64,000 nt of DNA from a bacterium (GTDB lineage Bacteria > UBA8248). The DNA lies in contig OY843592.1 in assembly GCA_963692865.2 (NCBI GenBank), positions 1,664,001-1,728,000 of the forward strand, written 5' to 3'. The notes below the pieces were generated by a model. The model worked only from the letters and a program-made list of their open reading frames with translations. It was not told the origin of the DNA and did not search any database. The position numbers and the translations under genes are program-made. This document shows, one piece after another, positions 22,666 through 32,538 of this stretch (its first letter is position 1; each line of letters begins with the position of its first letter).

Positions 22666-23937
22666 ATGCTGTTTCTCTACAATGTGATTGTTCTCCTCAT
22701 CTCTCCCGCTTTGCTCGCGTATTTTCTGGTTCGCCTCTGGCTTCGGGGGTTCGACCTCCGGGCCGTCCGCGAGAGGTTCGGGTTTCCGCCCCGGTTGCCC
22801 GATGCGGCGGGGGCGCGCCTTTGGCTGCACGCCGTATCCGTGGGGGAGGTGGGCGTGGCCGCCGTCCTGGTGCCTGCGCTTTTGAGAAAGAAACCGGGGC
22901 TTCAAATCGTTCTTTCCACGGTGACGCAAACGGGAAGAGACGAGGCGGAAAAAATATCGGGAGTCGAGCAACTCGTTTACTTGCCGCTGGATTTTCCTTT
23001 GGTGGTCCGTTCCGCCCTGGAGCGCATCCGGCCTTCCATGATCGCGCTGATAGAGACGGAGGTTTGGCCGAATCTCGTGGTGGAGGCGGAGAGACGGAAC
23101 ATCCCCGTATCTATCGTCAACGGGCGGCTTTCCGAGCGTTCGTATCGGAAATACAGGCGCTTTCGGTTTTTCTTCCGTCATATCCTTGATTGTTTCAGGG
23201 ACGTGCTGGCACGCGGGGAAGGGGACGCCGAACGGTTTCTGGATTTGGGCGCAACTTCCGTGCGTGTTTTCGGGAACGTCAAATTCGACGCGCCCCCGCC
23301 GGTTCGGGAGCCTCCGCGTGGCGCATATGGCTTGAGCGCGTGTCGGCACGTCATCGTGGCCGGCAGTACGCACCCGGGAGAAGAGAAGTTGATTGGACAA
23401 GCGTTGTCGTCCATTCACCGGAAAATGCCCGGAGTCGGCCTCCTCCTCGCGCCGCGCCACCTGGAAAGAGTGGCTCGGGTGGAGGCGGACTTGAAGAACG
23501 CGGGCGTCTCTCCCGTGCGGTGGAGCCGTATCGGAAAGACGGACGCCGGGAACCGGGTCGTCATTCTGGACGTGATGGGAGAACTGGCCGCAGCGTATGG
23601 GTGTGCGACGATGGCGATCATCGGTGGAAGTTTCATTCCGCATGGCGGCCAGAACCCGATAGAGGCGGCGCGTTGGGCGGCGCCGTGCCTGTGCGGCCCC
23701 CATATGGAGAATTTCGCCGAGGTGACGCGCGAGATGGTGAGGCAAGGCGGCGCGATTCAACTGAGCGGGCGGGAAAATCTGGAGGCGGCCATCATGGAGT
23801 GGCTGAACGATCCGTCATCCCGGAAACGGGCCGGAGAGGCCGCCCGCCGCGTGGTGGAGAACAACCGGGGCGCTTCCGAGCGAACGGCGGAATACATCGT
23901 TCGGATTCTGGCGGGATCGGACGGATTGTCCGCATGA
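22666..23937 (+). CDS. waaA: Kdo transferase
   Basis: WLHAVSVGE, ETEVWPN, NGRLS, GNVKFD, GSTH, APRH, GGQNPIE. Confidence 0.96.
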   Translation: MLFLYNVIVLLISPALLAYFLVRLWLRGFDLRAVRERFGFPPRLPDAAGARLWLHAVSVGEVGVAAVLVPALLRKKPGLQIVLSTVTQTGRDEAEKISGVEQLVYLPLDFPLVVRSALERIRPSMIALIETEVWPNLVVEAERRNIPVSIVNGRLSERSYRKYRRFRFFFRHILDCFRDVLARGEGDAERFLDLGATSVRVFGNVKFDAPPPVREPPRGAYGLSACRHVIVAGSTHPGEEKLIGQALSSIHRKMPGVGLLLAPRHLERVARVEADLKNAGVSPVRWSRIGKTDAGNRVVILDVMGELAAAYGCATMAIIGGSFIPHGGQNPIEAARWAAPCLCGPHMENFAEVTREMVRQGGAIQLSGRENLEAAIMEWLNDPSSRKRAGEAARRVVENNRGASERTAEYIVRILAGSDGLSA

Positions 23938-25019
23938 GTCTTCGGCGCGGTGTTCTGATGGCCTGGGAGGGCAATCCCTCGTCCCCGGCTTGGTCTCGCG
24001 CGTTGGCGAGGGGTCTCGGCCCCCTGGGTGGTCTCTACGGTGCCGCCATGGCGCATCGGCGCCGGCGTTATGAATCCGGGAAAGCCCGCGCCGCGAAAAA
24101 TCCCGCGACCGTCGTTTCGGTCGGCAACCTCACGCTCGGGGGGACGGGTAAGACGCCCGCGGTCGCCTGGTTGGTGGAAAAACTGATCGCGCGGGGGAGG
24201 AAGCCCGCCGTGGTGAGCAGGGGCTATGGCGGAAGGCCCAGGGACGTGATGGTCGTGGGCGACGGAAAAGGGCGGTTGATGTCCGCGCCGCCGGCTGCGG
24301 ATGAGGCGGCGATGCTCGCCCGCCGCTATCCCGGTCTTCTCGTCTTGACGGGCGCGGACCGCTCTTTCGTCGCGGAAAAGGCGGTGGAGGAGTTCGGGGC
24401 GGATGTCGTCGTGCTCGACGATGGATTTCAACATCTGGGGCTTTCCCGGGATATGGACCTGGTGGTTTTGCGCGGGGATTGTCCTTTTGGAAACGGCGGG
24501 GTGATTCCCGCCGGCGTTCTCCGGGAGCCGGTTTCGGCCTTGACGCGCGCAGACGCCGTTTTGGTGACGGGGGAATTCACCGACCGGACGAGAAGGGAAA
24601 TTCAGCCTCTTGTGCCGGATATCCCCCTCTTCACCGGACGCCTCGAACCCGATTCGCTCCTGGATGCGCGGGGCGAGAAAACGGGTTCGCCGAATGAACT
24701 GAAAGGCGCCAGAGTCGTCGCCGTGAGCGGACTGGGGAATCCGCATGGTTTCGAAAAAATGCTCGAATCGCTGGATGTGGAGGTGCCGGCGCATCACGAA
24801 TATCCGGACCATGCGCATTACGCCCTGGCGGATGGCGTGCGGCTCGTTTCATCGCTGCGGAAAACGAAGGCCGACTTTATTCTCACTACGGAGAAGGATG
24901 CGGTGAAGCTGTCTCCTTTGTTGGGCGACGCGCCGCTTCGCGTCCTGCGCGTGACGATGAAAATCGCCGATGAGATGAATTTGGCCGCCTTGATCGAGAA
25001 GAAGGCGTTTCCATCTTGA
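23934..25019 (+). CDS. lpxK: Tetraacyldisaccharide 4'-kinase
   Basis: VSVGNLTLGGTGKTP, SRGY, LDDGFQH, PAGVLRE, TTEKDAVK. Confidence 0.96.
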   Translation: MSLRRGVLMAWEGNPSSPAWSRALARGLGPLGGLYGAAMAHRRRRYESGKARAAKNPATVVSVGNLTLGGTGKTPAVAWLVEKLIARGRKPAVVSRGYGGRPRDVMVVGDGKGRLMSAPPAADEAAMLARRYPGLLVLTGADRSFVAEKAVEEFGADVVVLDDGFQHLGLSRDMDLVVLRGDCPFGNGGVIPAGVLREPVSALTRADAVLVTGEFTDRTRREIQPLVPDIPLFTGRLEPDSLLDARGEKTGSPNELKGARVVAVSGLGNPHGFEKMLESLDVEVPAHHEYPDHAHYALADGVRLVSSLRKTKADFILTTEKDAVKLSPLLGDAPLRVLRVTMKIADEMNLAALIEKKAFPS

Positions 25020-25028
25020 GCGGGCGCG

Positions 25029-26117
25029 CTATCCCCTGATGGAGGCGAGAAAATAAGCCCCCCCCGCCAGGAAAATGGCGTTGGGTCCCCAGGCCGCCAG
25101 GATGGGCGGCAGGCGTCCGGCGTGTCCGAACGAAAGGCTCGCATGGAAAAGAACAAGGTAGACGGCGCCGATTCCGATGGCGATGGCGACTCCCAGAGCG
25201 ACCCCTCCGCTTCTGCCGTTTCGAATGGAGAAGGGCGCGCCCGCCAGGGCCAAAACGAAACTGATGAAAGGAGCGGAAATTTTCGCCCACATGTCCACGA
25301 CGTAGCGGGTCGGGTCCACGCCGCTTTTGCTCAGGTTTTCGATGTAGCGGCCGAGTTCGTGATAATTCATCGTTTCCGGATTTCTGCCTGTTTTCCTGAA
25401 ATCTTCCGGCTTTTCCGCGAGCGCAAAGACTTTTTTCCGAAAAGTTTCCTGTTTGATTTTCCCCTCGCCCGCAAAGTCATGGATCACGCCTTTGTAGAAT
25501 TCCCAATGTTTTTCGGCGGGCGCCCAAACCGCCTCGGTCGCGTCGATGCGCCGCTTCAGGCGATTGCGCCGATCCGTCCGGTACAGGGTAACGCCTCTCA
25601 TTTTTTTTGAAGACGGGTCGTAGTGCGTGATCTGCCAGATGGTGTTGTTTTCCGAGCGGTACCAGATTTTGTCTTTCTGGGCGTGCGTTCGCAAGCCGGT
25701 TTTCTGGATGTTGACTCGCCGGATGTATTCTCCGCGCTTGTTCGTGAGTGGAACGACGTATTCATTGGCCAGGAAAGTAAGGAGGCTGATTCCCAGGCTG
25801 GAGAGCAGGATTGGCGCAATGATTCGGTAGAGACTCAATCCGCCGGCGCGCATGGCGACGACCTCGTTCGCTCTGGACAGGAGAATCAGCGTGAACGTGC
25901 TCGCCAGTAGTACGGTGAGCGGAACGGAGAGGAAAACGAGATGAGGGATTTTGTACAGGAAATACAAGGTTCCGTCGGCCAGGGTGGCGTTCTGTTCGAT
26001 AAAATCGTCAATTCGCTCGATAAACTCCGCTATGAGGAACAGCGTAATGGCTCCCGCCTGACAGAGACACACCATTCTCAGAAACTGTTTCAGGATGTAG
26101 TGGTTTAGTATGTTCAT
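25029..26117 (-). CDS. lptG: LPS export ABC permease LptG
   Basis: YjgP/YjgQ family: EVVAMRAGGLS, LPPILAAWGPN; downstream of lptF. Confidence 0.9.
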   Translation of the reverse strand: MNILNHYILKQFLRMVCLCQAGAITLFLIAEFIERIDDFIEQNATLADGTLYFLYKIPHLVFLSVPLTVLLASTFTLILLSRANEVVAMRAGGLSLYRIIAPILLSSLGISLLTFLANEYVVPLTNKRGEYIRRVNIQKTGLRTHAQKDKIWYRSENNTIWQITHYDPSSKKMRGVTLYRTDRRNRLKRRIDATEAVWAPAEKHWEFYKGVIHDFAGEGKIKQETFRKKVFALAEKPEDFRKTGRNPETMNYHELGRYIENLSKSGVDPTRYVVDMWAKISAPFISFVLALAGAPFSIRNGRSGGVALGVAIAIGIGAVYLVLFHASLSFGHAGRLPPILAAWGPNAIFLAGGAYFLASIRG

Positions 26118-26126
26118 GGCGAGAGT

Positions 26127-27344
26127 TTATGAGCCGCTACGGATGAATGAAGAGAAGGGTTGGAGGAGCAGGCTCCGAATGTCGACGGCGTTGCGCCTCC
26201 CCGCGGTTCGCGCCATATATCCCGCGAGGAGGGCCAGCAATACGTTCGGGCCCCAGACGGCGGCGGAAGCGCTGGTTTGCCCGCTTTCCGCCATGCCTTC
26301 GGCGAAGGTGACGAGGGCGTAATAGAGAATCAGAATGCCCAGGCTCAGGGCGAAGCCGCCGTGGCGTCCCGAGCGCCTGTTCTGTACGCCGAGGGACGCC
26401 CCCAGGAGCGCCAGGACGAGGCATGCGAAGGGCGCGGCGAACTTCTTGTGCAACTCCACGAGAATGGCGTTGTGCCTGCTTGTTCCCGGCTCGTGTTCTT
26501 TCAGTTTGTTTCTGAGTTCATGGAGTGGAAAAGCGCGCAGGCTTCTTCGGAGCGCCTTCGTTTTTCCGATGGTTTCCGTGAGGTCGAAATTGAGGTCGTA
26601 GCTTCCGAAGCGCGCGATTTGGTAATGGCCTCCGGGCGGGGTGGCGCCGTCATGCGGCCTCGCTTTCTTGTCGGGCGCCTTCTCGGGCTCGCCGGCCGTG
26701 TGGATTGTTCCTCCGACGAGACGCAGCCATACCTTTTGGGACGTGGGGGATTTGATCAACATCCCCCGGTCGGCGAAGATGACGCGGTTCTTCCCTGCCT
26801 CCCGGGTGTCTGAAATCATGATGCCTTTCATCACTTTGCCCGGCGCTTCGATTTCTCGCACGTAGAACATGATTCCGTCGAAACGGTCGTGAAAAACCCC
26901 CTCCCGGAGATCGAACGTGTCGACTCGGCTGCGGAGCATCCGTTGACGAAGCTCCAAGGTGGTGTCTTGGCTCCAGGGGAGACCGAACATCATCAGGAAT
27001 CCGCTCAGGAGCGCGGCTGCTGCTCCCACCAGTCCAACGGGGATCAGTTGAGAGTAGAAGGTCATGCCGGAGGCGGTCATCGCCAGGGATTCGCTGTCGC
27101 TCGACAGGCGGCTGAACGCCATGATGGAGGCAATGAGAGTGGACATGGGCAAGGTGACGAGGAGAAGAACCGGCAGGGCGGCGAAAAGAAATTGCGCCAC
27201 GATGGATAGCGGCACACCCCGGTTCACCACCAGGTCGGTGAATTGGAGCATTTTGTGGAGCAGGAGCACGAACGTGAGGAAAAACAAGGATATGAGGAGA
27301 TAGGACGCCAATTCACCCAGGATATATCGGTGCAATGTCTTCAA
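26127..27344 (-). CDS. lptF: LPS export ABC permease LptF
   Basis: RYILGE, FSRLSSDSESLAMTASG, ELHKKFAAP, AVWGPN. Confidence 0.9.
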   Translation of the reverse strand: MKTLHRYILGELASYLLISLFFLTFVLLLHKMLQFTDLVVNRGVPLSIVAQFLFAALPVLLLVTLPMSTLIASIMAFSRLSSDSESLAMTASGMTFYSQLIPVGLVGAAAALLSGFLMMFGLPWSQDTTLELRQRMLRSRVDTFDLREGVFHDRFDGIMFYVREIEAPGKVMKGIMISDTREAGKNRVIFADRGMLIKSPTSQKVWLRLVGGTIHTAGEPEKAPDKKARPHDGATPPGGHYQIARFGSYDLNFDLTETIGKTKALRRSLRAFPLHELRNKLKEHEPGTSRHNAILVELHKKFAAPFACLVLALLGASLGVQNRRSGRHGGFALSLGILILYYALVTFAEGMAESGQTSASAAVWGPNVLLALLAGYMARTAGRRNAVDIRSLLLQPFSSFIRSGS

Positions 27345-27531
27345 GGGGAATCCTCTGGGAGGCGGCCGCGCGATGCTCTTCCATCACACTATATGAGCGG
27401 TCGCCGGATTGCAAAACGTGTTTTCAGGCTCGTTGACGCCCATGACGGCGGTTGATAGCGTTGGAAAAAGGGCGTTTCGTTGTTTTCCCCCACGTTCCGG
27501 CGTGAGGCGGCGCATCGGGGAGGAATCTGGT

Positions 27532-28584
27532 TTGAGCGGTGATGCCGGTGGGGGGAAGTTGCACCTTGTTGTGGCGCCCATGTGGATAGGCGACACGGCC
27601 ATGTCCGCTCCCTTTTTTTCATCGTTGAGGAAAGCGCATCCCGGAGCGAGGCTGATGGCGGCGGCGGGACCCTGGACCGCCGGTTTGCTCCGCAGTTTCC
27701 CGTGGGTCGATCGGGTCTTGTCGCTCGATGCGGGGAAATGGGGCGGTTTCTTTTCTTTGAAGAGAATGTTGAAGGGCGAGGCGGTGGATTGCGCGTGGAT
27801 TCTTCCCAACAGCTTTCGCGCGGCCCTCATGGCGAAGTGGATAGGAGCAAAGAGGCGAATTGGGTACGGGACGGATGGCCGGGGCTGGCTTTTGAGCGAC
27901 CGCGTGTCTCCGCCGCCGGATGTGCCTCACTTGGTGGATTACTATCTTTACCTTCTTGAAGCGCAGGGCCATGAAACCCGGGCGCGGGTTGATGATTTCT
28001 ACATCACGCCCGAGACGCAGGAGTTTGCGGAAAATTTGCTGAAAACGCATCGGGCGGGGGAAAATGCGCCTTTGGTGGGGATTCATCCCGGGGCTTTTTT
28101 CGGCGAATCCAAGACGTGGCCGCTGGAATACTTCGAAAAACTCATCCGCCGGCTCGTGGATCTTGAAGGGGCGCGGGTTTTCATATTCGGCGGGCCGGAT
28201 GAACTGGCGCTTACGGGGAAATTGGATATGATGTCCGGGGGGAGAGCGGTGAATTTGGCCGGCAAGGATACCCTGGAGACGCTGCCCGCCCTGCTGTCTC
28301 GTCTGGACGTATTCATATCCGGCGATACCGGCCCGCTCCACGTGGCGGCCCTCGCCGGGACAGCGACGATTGCGCTGTTCGGGCCCACGGACCATCGCCG
28401 AACGGCGCCGAGAGGTCTTTGGAATCGGACCATCCACAAGAATCTCGATTGCAGCCCGTGTTTCGCGAGAACGTGCCCTCTCCGTCATCATGACTGCATG
28501 AAGCGGATTACGCCCGAAGAGGTGGCGAGCGAAGCCGCCGGGTTGCTGAACAGGAAGCCGGGGGTCGGCAAGGATGGGAATTGA
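27532..28584 (+). CDS. waaF: LPS heptosyltransferase II (GT9)
   Basis: APMWIGD, LPNSFRAA, GIHPGAFFGESKTWP, DTGPLH, CSPCFARTCPLRHHDC; TTG start after GAGGA. Confidence 0.9.
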   Translation: MSGDAGGGKLHLVVAPMWIGDTAMSAPFFSSLRKAHPGARLMAAAGPWTAGLLRSFPWVDRVLSLDAGKWGGFFSLKRMLKGEAVDCAWILPNSFRAALMAKWIGAKRRIGYGTDGRGWLLSDRVSPPPDVPHLVDYYLYLLEAQGHETRARVDDFYITPETQEFAENLLKTHRAGENAPLVGIHPGAFFGESKTWPLEYFEKLIRRLVDLEGARVFIFGGPDELALTGKLDMMSGGRAVNLAGKDTLETLPALLSRLDVFISGDTGPLHVAALAGTATIALFGPTDHRRTAPRGLWNRTIHKNLDCSPCFARTCPLRHHDCMKRITPEEVASEAAGLLNRKPGVGKDGN

Positions 28585-29176
28585 GAAAGGCGCCGCGAAG
28601 AAGCGGGCGGTATTTTTCGACAGGGACGGGACCTTGAATCGCGACGTGGGCTACGTGACCCACCTCGACGTATACGAACTCCTTCCCAGGGCGGCGGCGG
28701 CCGTCCGGAAGGTGAACGAGGCGGGGTGGCTCGCCGTTTTGATCACGAACCAGGCCGGCGTGGCGCGGGGCTACTTTTCCGAATCCATGATCGAAAAGGT
28801 GCACCAAAAACTTCGCGGGGAACTCGCCGCCAAGGGCGCGCGGCTCGACGCCGTCTACTACTGCCCGCACGCCCCGAACGGGGACGCTCCCGATTATGCG
28901 ATTGACTGCAGGATGCGGAAACCCTATCCCGGCATGATCTTGAGGGCGGCGGCGGAGCACGCCATCGACTTGGGAAAATCCGTCATGCTGGGAGACAAGT
29001 ATTCCGACTTGGAAGCCGGTTGGCGGGCGGGTTGCAGGTCGGGCCTTTTGCTCACGGGCTATGGGCGGGGAGAAAGAGAGCTTCGCGGGGCGCAGTGGCC
29101 CCGGCGGCCTGATTTCGTGGCGGAAGACGCCTATCATGCGGTGGAGATCATTTTGAACGAGGGCGGGAATCGCTAG
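28574..29176 (+). CDS. gmhB: D-glycero-D-manno-heptose 1,7-bisphosphate phosphatase
   Basis: FDRDGTLN, TNQAG, YCPH...CRMRKP, GDKYSD. Confidence 0.93.
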   Translation: MGIEKGAAKKRAVFFDRDGTLNRDVGYVTHLDVYELLPRAAAAVRKVNEAGWLAVLITNQAGVARGYFSESMIEKVHQKLRGELAAKGARLDAVYYCPHAPNGDAPDYAIDCRMRKPYPGMILRAAAEHAIDLGKSVMLGDKYSDLEAGWRAGCRSGLLLTGYGRGERELRGAQWPRRPDFVAEDAYHAVEIILNEGGNR

Positions 29177-29177
29177 C

Positions 29178-30170
29178 ATGGGTTCGCATCTGCGGGAATA
29201 TGTCGAACGATTTGCGTCCGTCCATGTGGCGGTGCTCGGCGATTTCATCGCGGATGAATTCATCCACGGCGCCACTTCGCGCATCAGCCGGGAAGCGCCG
29301 GTTCTCGTTCTGGATTTCATTCGTCGCGAGATCGTTCCCGGCGGCGGCGGCAATGCGGCGATGAACGCGGCGGCCCTGGGCGGAAACGTACGGGCCGTCG
29401 GCGCTTTGGGAGCAGACGAAGCGGGCGAAGAACTCCGCCGCGCGATGGAGAGGCGCGGAATCGATACCGAACTTTTGTGGGGGGATTCCGGGCGCATCAC
29501 TCCCACGAAGACGCGCGTGATGGCGGGGGGCCGAAACACCAAGCGCCAGCAGGTGATCCGGGTGGACCGCGAAGAGAAACTGGCACTGACCGAGGAACTC
29601 GAATCCCGGATGATCCGCGAAACGGAACGAATGGCGAACGATAATTTGGATGCCCTTTTGATATCAGACTACGGCCTGGGCGTCGTGACGAAGGGCGTAA
29701 AAGAAGCGATTCGGAAACTGCCCGTCGAACTCGTCGTAACGGTGGACAGCCGCTATGCGGGAGATTCTTTTTCGGGGGTTACCGCCTTCACGCCCAACGA
29801 AGAAGAGGTGGAGGGGTTGCTCGGGTATTGGCCCGATGAGGAGCGTCTTGACGAAGCGGGAGCCGCGCTGCTTGAAAAAACGGGCGCCCGGGCGCTTCTG
29901 ATCACCAGGGGGGACAAGGGCATGAGCCTCTTCGAGGGGAATGCTTCGAGAACGGATATTCCTATCTACGGGTCGGATCAGGTGCTCGACGTAACCGGGG
30001 CGGGGGATACGGTGATCGCCGCGTTCACGCTCTCCCTGGCCGCGGGCGCGTCGATGCGCGAGGCGGCGGAGATCGCGAATCGCGCGGCGGGGCTGGCGGT
30101 GATGAAGGCGGGGACGACGGTGGTGGAGCCTCAGGAACTCCTGGCCGCGTTCGAGGGGGAGGGCGCGTGA
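29178..30170 (+). CDS. hldA: Heptose 7-phosphate kinase (stand-alone RfaE domain I, PfkB family)
   Basis: RISREAPV, PGGGGNAAMN, SDYGLG, TPN, DVTGAGDTV. Confidence 0.9.
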   Translation: MGSHLREYVERFASVHVAVLGDFIADEFIHGATSRISREAPVLVLDFIRREIVPGGGGNAAMNAAALGGNVRAVGALGADEAGEELRRAMERRGIDTELLWGDSGRITPTKTRVMAGGRNTKRQQVIRVDREEKLALTEELESRMIRETERMANDNLDALLISDYGLGVVTKGVKEAIRKLPVELVVTVDSRYAGDSFSGVTAFTPNEEEVEGLLGYWPDEERLDEAGAALLEKTGARALLITRGDKGMSLFEGNASRTDIPIYGSDQVLDVTGAGDTVIAAFTLSLAAGASMREAAEIANRAAGLAVMKAGTTVVEPQELLAAFEGEGA

Positions 30171-30328
30171 GTGTCCGGGCGAAGGGAACGCACTGCGCGC
30201 CGGACGCGGTTCCCGGACGCGAGTCGGTGAGAAGCTGCGGGGGGGAAGTCGTCATTTGCGCGGACCCCGAAGCGCATTCTTCCACGAACCCGGCCGCGCG
30301 GGCCGGGAGAGCGTCCGCGGATGGCTGA
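30167..30328 (+). pseudogene. hldC: Deleted remnant of heptose 1-phosphate adenylyltransferase (RfaE domain II); only the C-terminus is left
   Basis: 53-codon frame overlapping hldA stop and waaC start: ..AKGTHCAPDAVPGRESVRSCGGEVVICADPEAHSST..; resembles the HldC C-terminus; HxGH N-terminal part absent. Confidence 0.75.
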
Positions 30329-31409
30329 GCGGTTCCTCATCATCCGCCTGGGCGCGATAGGCGACGTCGTTCATACCCTCCCCCTGGCGTCGGCCATCAA
30401 GGATGCGCGGCCCGATTCGCATATCACCTGGGCGGTCGAGCCGGCCCCGCGGGAAGTGCTTCTCGAAAATTCGGATATAGACGAGCTTTTGACCGTTGAC
30501 ACCAGGGCATGGCGCAAGAATTTCTTCTCCGGCGGCTTCTCCGCGCTCGGGCGCGACCTGCGCGCCGTGAGGAACGTGGGCGCCGACGTGGCGCTGGACG
30601 CCCAGGGGCTGATCAAGAGCGGTTTGCTGGCATGGGCGTCGGGAGCGCCCGTTCGCATCGGGTTCGAACACCGTTTTTGCAAAGAGGGGATGAACGTGCT
30701 CTTCACGACGCACCAGGCGTTTCCCCCCGGCTCCCCCCATCATGTCGTGGAGAAGAATTTATCTCTTCTGGATCCGCTGCGCTTGCCCGTTCCGTTGAGG
30801 GAGCGATACCGCTTCCCCCTTCATGAAACGAAGGAAGAGGGAGAGTGGGCGGAAAAGTATCTGGAAAGTGAGGGATGTCCGGACGGCCGCCCCTTGCTGG
30901 TGGTTCATCCCGGAGGCGGGTGGGTGACCAAACGCTGGGCGCCGGCGCGTTTCGCCCAACTCGCCGACCACTGGCGTGAGAACGGCCTGGGAGATGTCCT
31001 CCTGATATGGGGTCCGGGAGAAAGGGAGATTGTAAAGAAAGTGGCGAGCGCGATGAGAACGAAACCCCACGTGGCGCCTGCGACGGGCATCCGCGAAATG
31101 ATGTCCCTGATTCGGCGCGGTTCCTGTTTCGCGGGCGGAGACTCGGGGCCCATGCACCTCGCCGCCGCGATGGGGGTTCGCTGTCTGGCGATCATGGGGC
31201 CGACGGAACCCGTGAGAAACGGCCCGTGGGGGGCGGGGCATTCGGTTTTGCACCATCGACTCGCTTGCAGCGGCTGTTATGCGAGAAAATGCCCCGACAT
31301 CGAGTGTCTGGAGCGCGTGAAAACCGAAGAGGCGGTAAACGGGCTGAGCCGGTTGCGCCCGGCCCATGAAAAACATGGCGAGATATGCGAAACTAGGGAA
31401 GTTTCGTGA
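30321..31409 (+). CDS. waaC: LPS heptosyltransferase I (GT9)
   Basis: IIRLGAIGDVVHTLP, DAQGLIKS, HPGGGWVTKRW, DSGPMHLAAA. Confidence 0.88.
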   Translation: MAERFLIIRLGAIGDVVHTLPLASAIKDARPDSHITWAVEPAPREVLLENSDIDELLTVDTRAWRKNFFSGGFSALGRDLRAVRNVGADVALDAQGLIKSGLLAWASGAPVRIGFEHRFCKEGMNVLFTTHQAFPPGSPHHVVEKNLSLLDPLRLPVPLRERYRFPLHETKEEGEWAEKYLESEGCPDGRPLLVVHPGGGWVTKRWAPARFAQLADHWRENGLGDVLLIWGPGEREIVKKVASAMRTKPHVAPATGIREMMSLIRRGSCFAGGDSGPMHLAAAMGVRCLAIMGPTEPVRNGPWGAGHSVLHHRLACSGCYARKCPDIECLERVKTEEAVNGLSRLRPAHEKHGEICETREVS

Positions 31410-31511
31410 GAGAAGCGGGTGATGTTTCAATTTTTGCAGTGATGCGATGAGCGGCGCGAAGACGAGAAGGCCGTTTCAGAGATTCGATTGAAAATTGGAG
31501 ATTGGCGGAAG

Positions 31512-31709
31512 ATGAGCGTGGATAAGGAATTGTTGGAGATATTGGCGTGTCCCGTCACCAAGACCCCGCTTGAATTGAGCGAGGACGGGAATTTCTTGAT
31601 CGCGCGGGAATCGGGGTTGGTCTACAGAATCGAAGACGGCATCCCCATCATGCTCGTGGACGAGGCCATCCCGCTCGATGAGTGGGAGAAAGCCCAGGGA
31701 AAAGGCTAG
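31512..31709 (+). CDS. Trm112/YcaR family protein
   Basis: LLEILACPVTKTPL...YRIEDGIPIMLVDEA. Confidence 0.92.
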   Translation: MSVDKELLEILACPVTKTPLELSEDGNFLIARESGLVYRIEDGIPIMLVDEAIPLDEWEKAQGKG

Positions 31710-31713
31710 AAGA

Positions 31714-32538
31714 ATGTCCGGCCTGGCGGAAGCGTCTGCCGAAGCCGATACGGGGGAGAAGCCCGTATCCGGGCCGGCAAGAGAACCGATCAGCGTCGCG
31801 ATTATCGCCCATAACGAGGCGGAACGCATCGGCGCCTGCATCGACAGCGTTCGCTGGGCGGATGAAGTCATCGTCGTGGATGCGGGCAGCACGGACGGCA
31901 CCCGGGAAATATGCCGAAAGCGCGGCGCGACGGTCATCCGGAATCCCTGGCGGGGCTATGCGGCGCAGAAGAATTTCGCCCTCTCGAAAGCGAGTCATTC
32001 CTGGATATTGAGTCTGGACGCGGATGAATGCGTAACTCCCGAACTTGCGGAGGAAATTCTCTCCGTCTTGTCCGCAGGCGGTTCCACCATGGGGTATCGG
32101 GCGCCCCGAAAAAACATCTTCTTCGGCCGCTGGCTCCGCCACGGCGATCTTTGGCCGGATTATCAGATACGGCTGTTCCGCCGCGACGCGGGGGCGTTTA
32201 ACGGCAAGGGCGTCCATGAGTCCGTGGTGGTGCAAGGGCGGGTGGGCGTGTTTTCCTCCCCCCTGGAACACTATAGCTACGACGCGCTTTCGGGTTTTTT
32301 CGAAAGGCAGGTCCGATACGCCAGGCTGTCGGCGGAGGATTTGTTCGCCGAAGGAGCGCGGCTTCGCATGAGCGATTTCCTCATCCGCCCGCTTTGGCGT
32401 TTTTTCAAGAGTTACGTCTTGAAGATGGGTCTTCGGGACGGCGTCGAGGGTTTTTGGGTATCCGTCGGCTCCGCCCATTACGTGTTCATGCGCGCCGCCT
32501 TTTTATGGGAGTTGTCTCGAGAGCGTGAGCGCCCTTAG
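31714..32538 (+). CDS. GT2 LPS-core glycosyltransferase (WaaE/KdtX-like)
   Basis: IIAHNE, VVDAGSTDGT, WILSLDADE, VHE. Confidence 0.92.
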   Translation: MSGLAEASAEADTGEKPVSGPAREPISVAIIAHNEAERIGACIDSVRWADEVIVVDAGSTDGTREICRKRGATVIRNPWRGYAAQKNFALSKASHSWILSLDADECVTPELAEEILSVLSAGGSTMGYRAPRKNIFFGRWLRHGDLWPDYQIRLFRRDAGAFNGKGVHESVVVQGRVGVFSSPLEHYSYDALSGFFERQVRYARLSAEDLFAEGARLRMSDFLIRPLWRFFKSYVLKMGLRDGVEGFWVSVGSAHYVFMRAAFLWELSRERERP

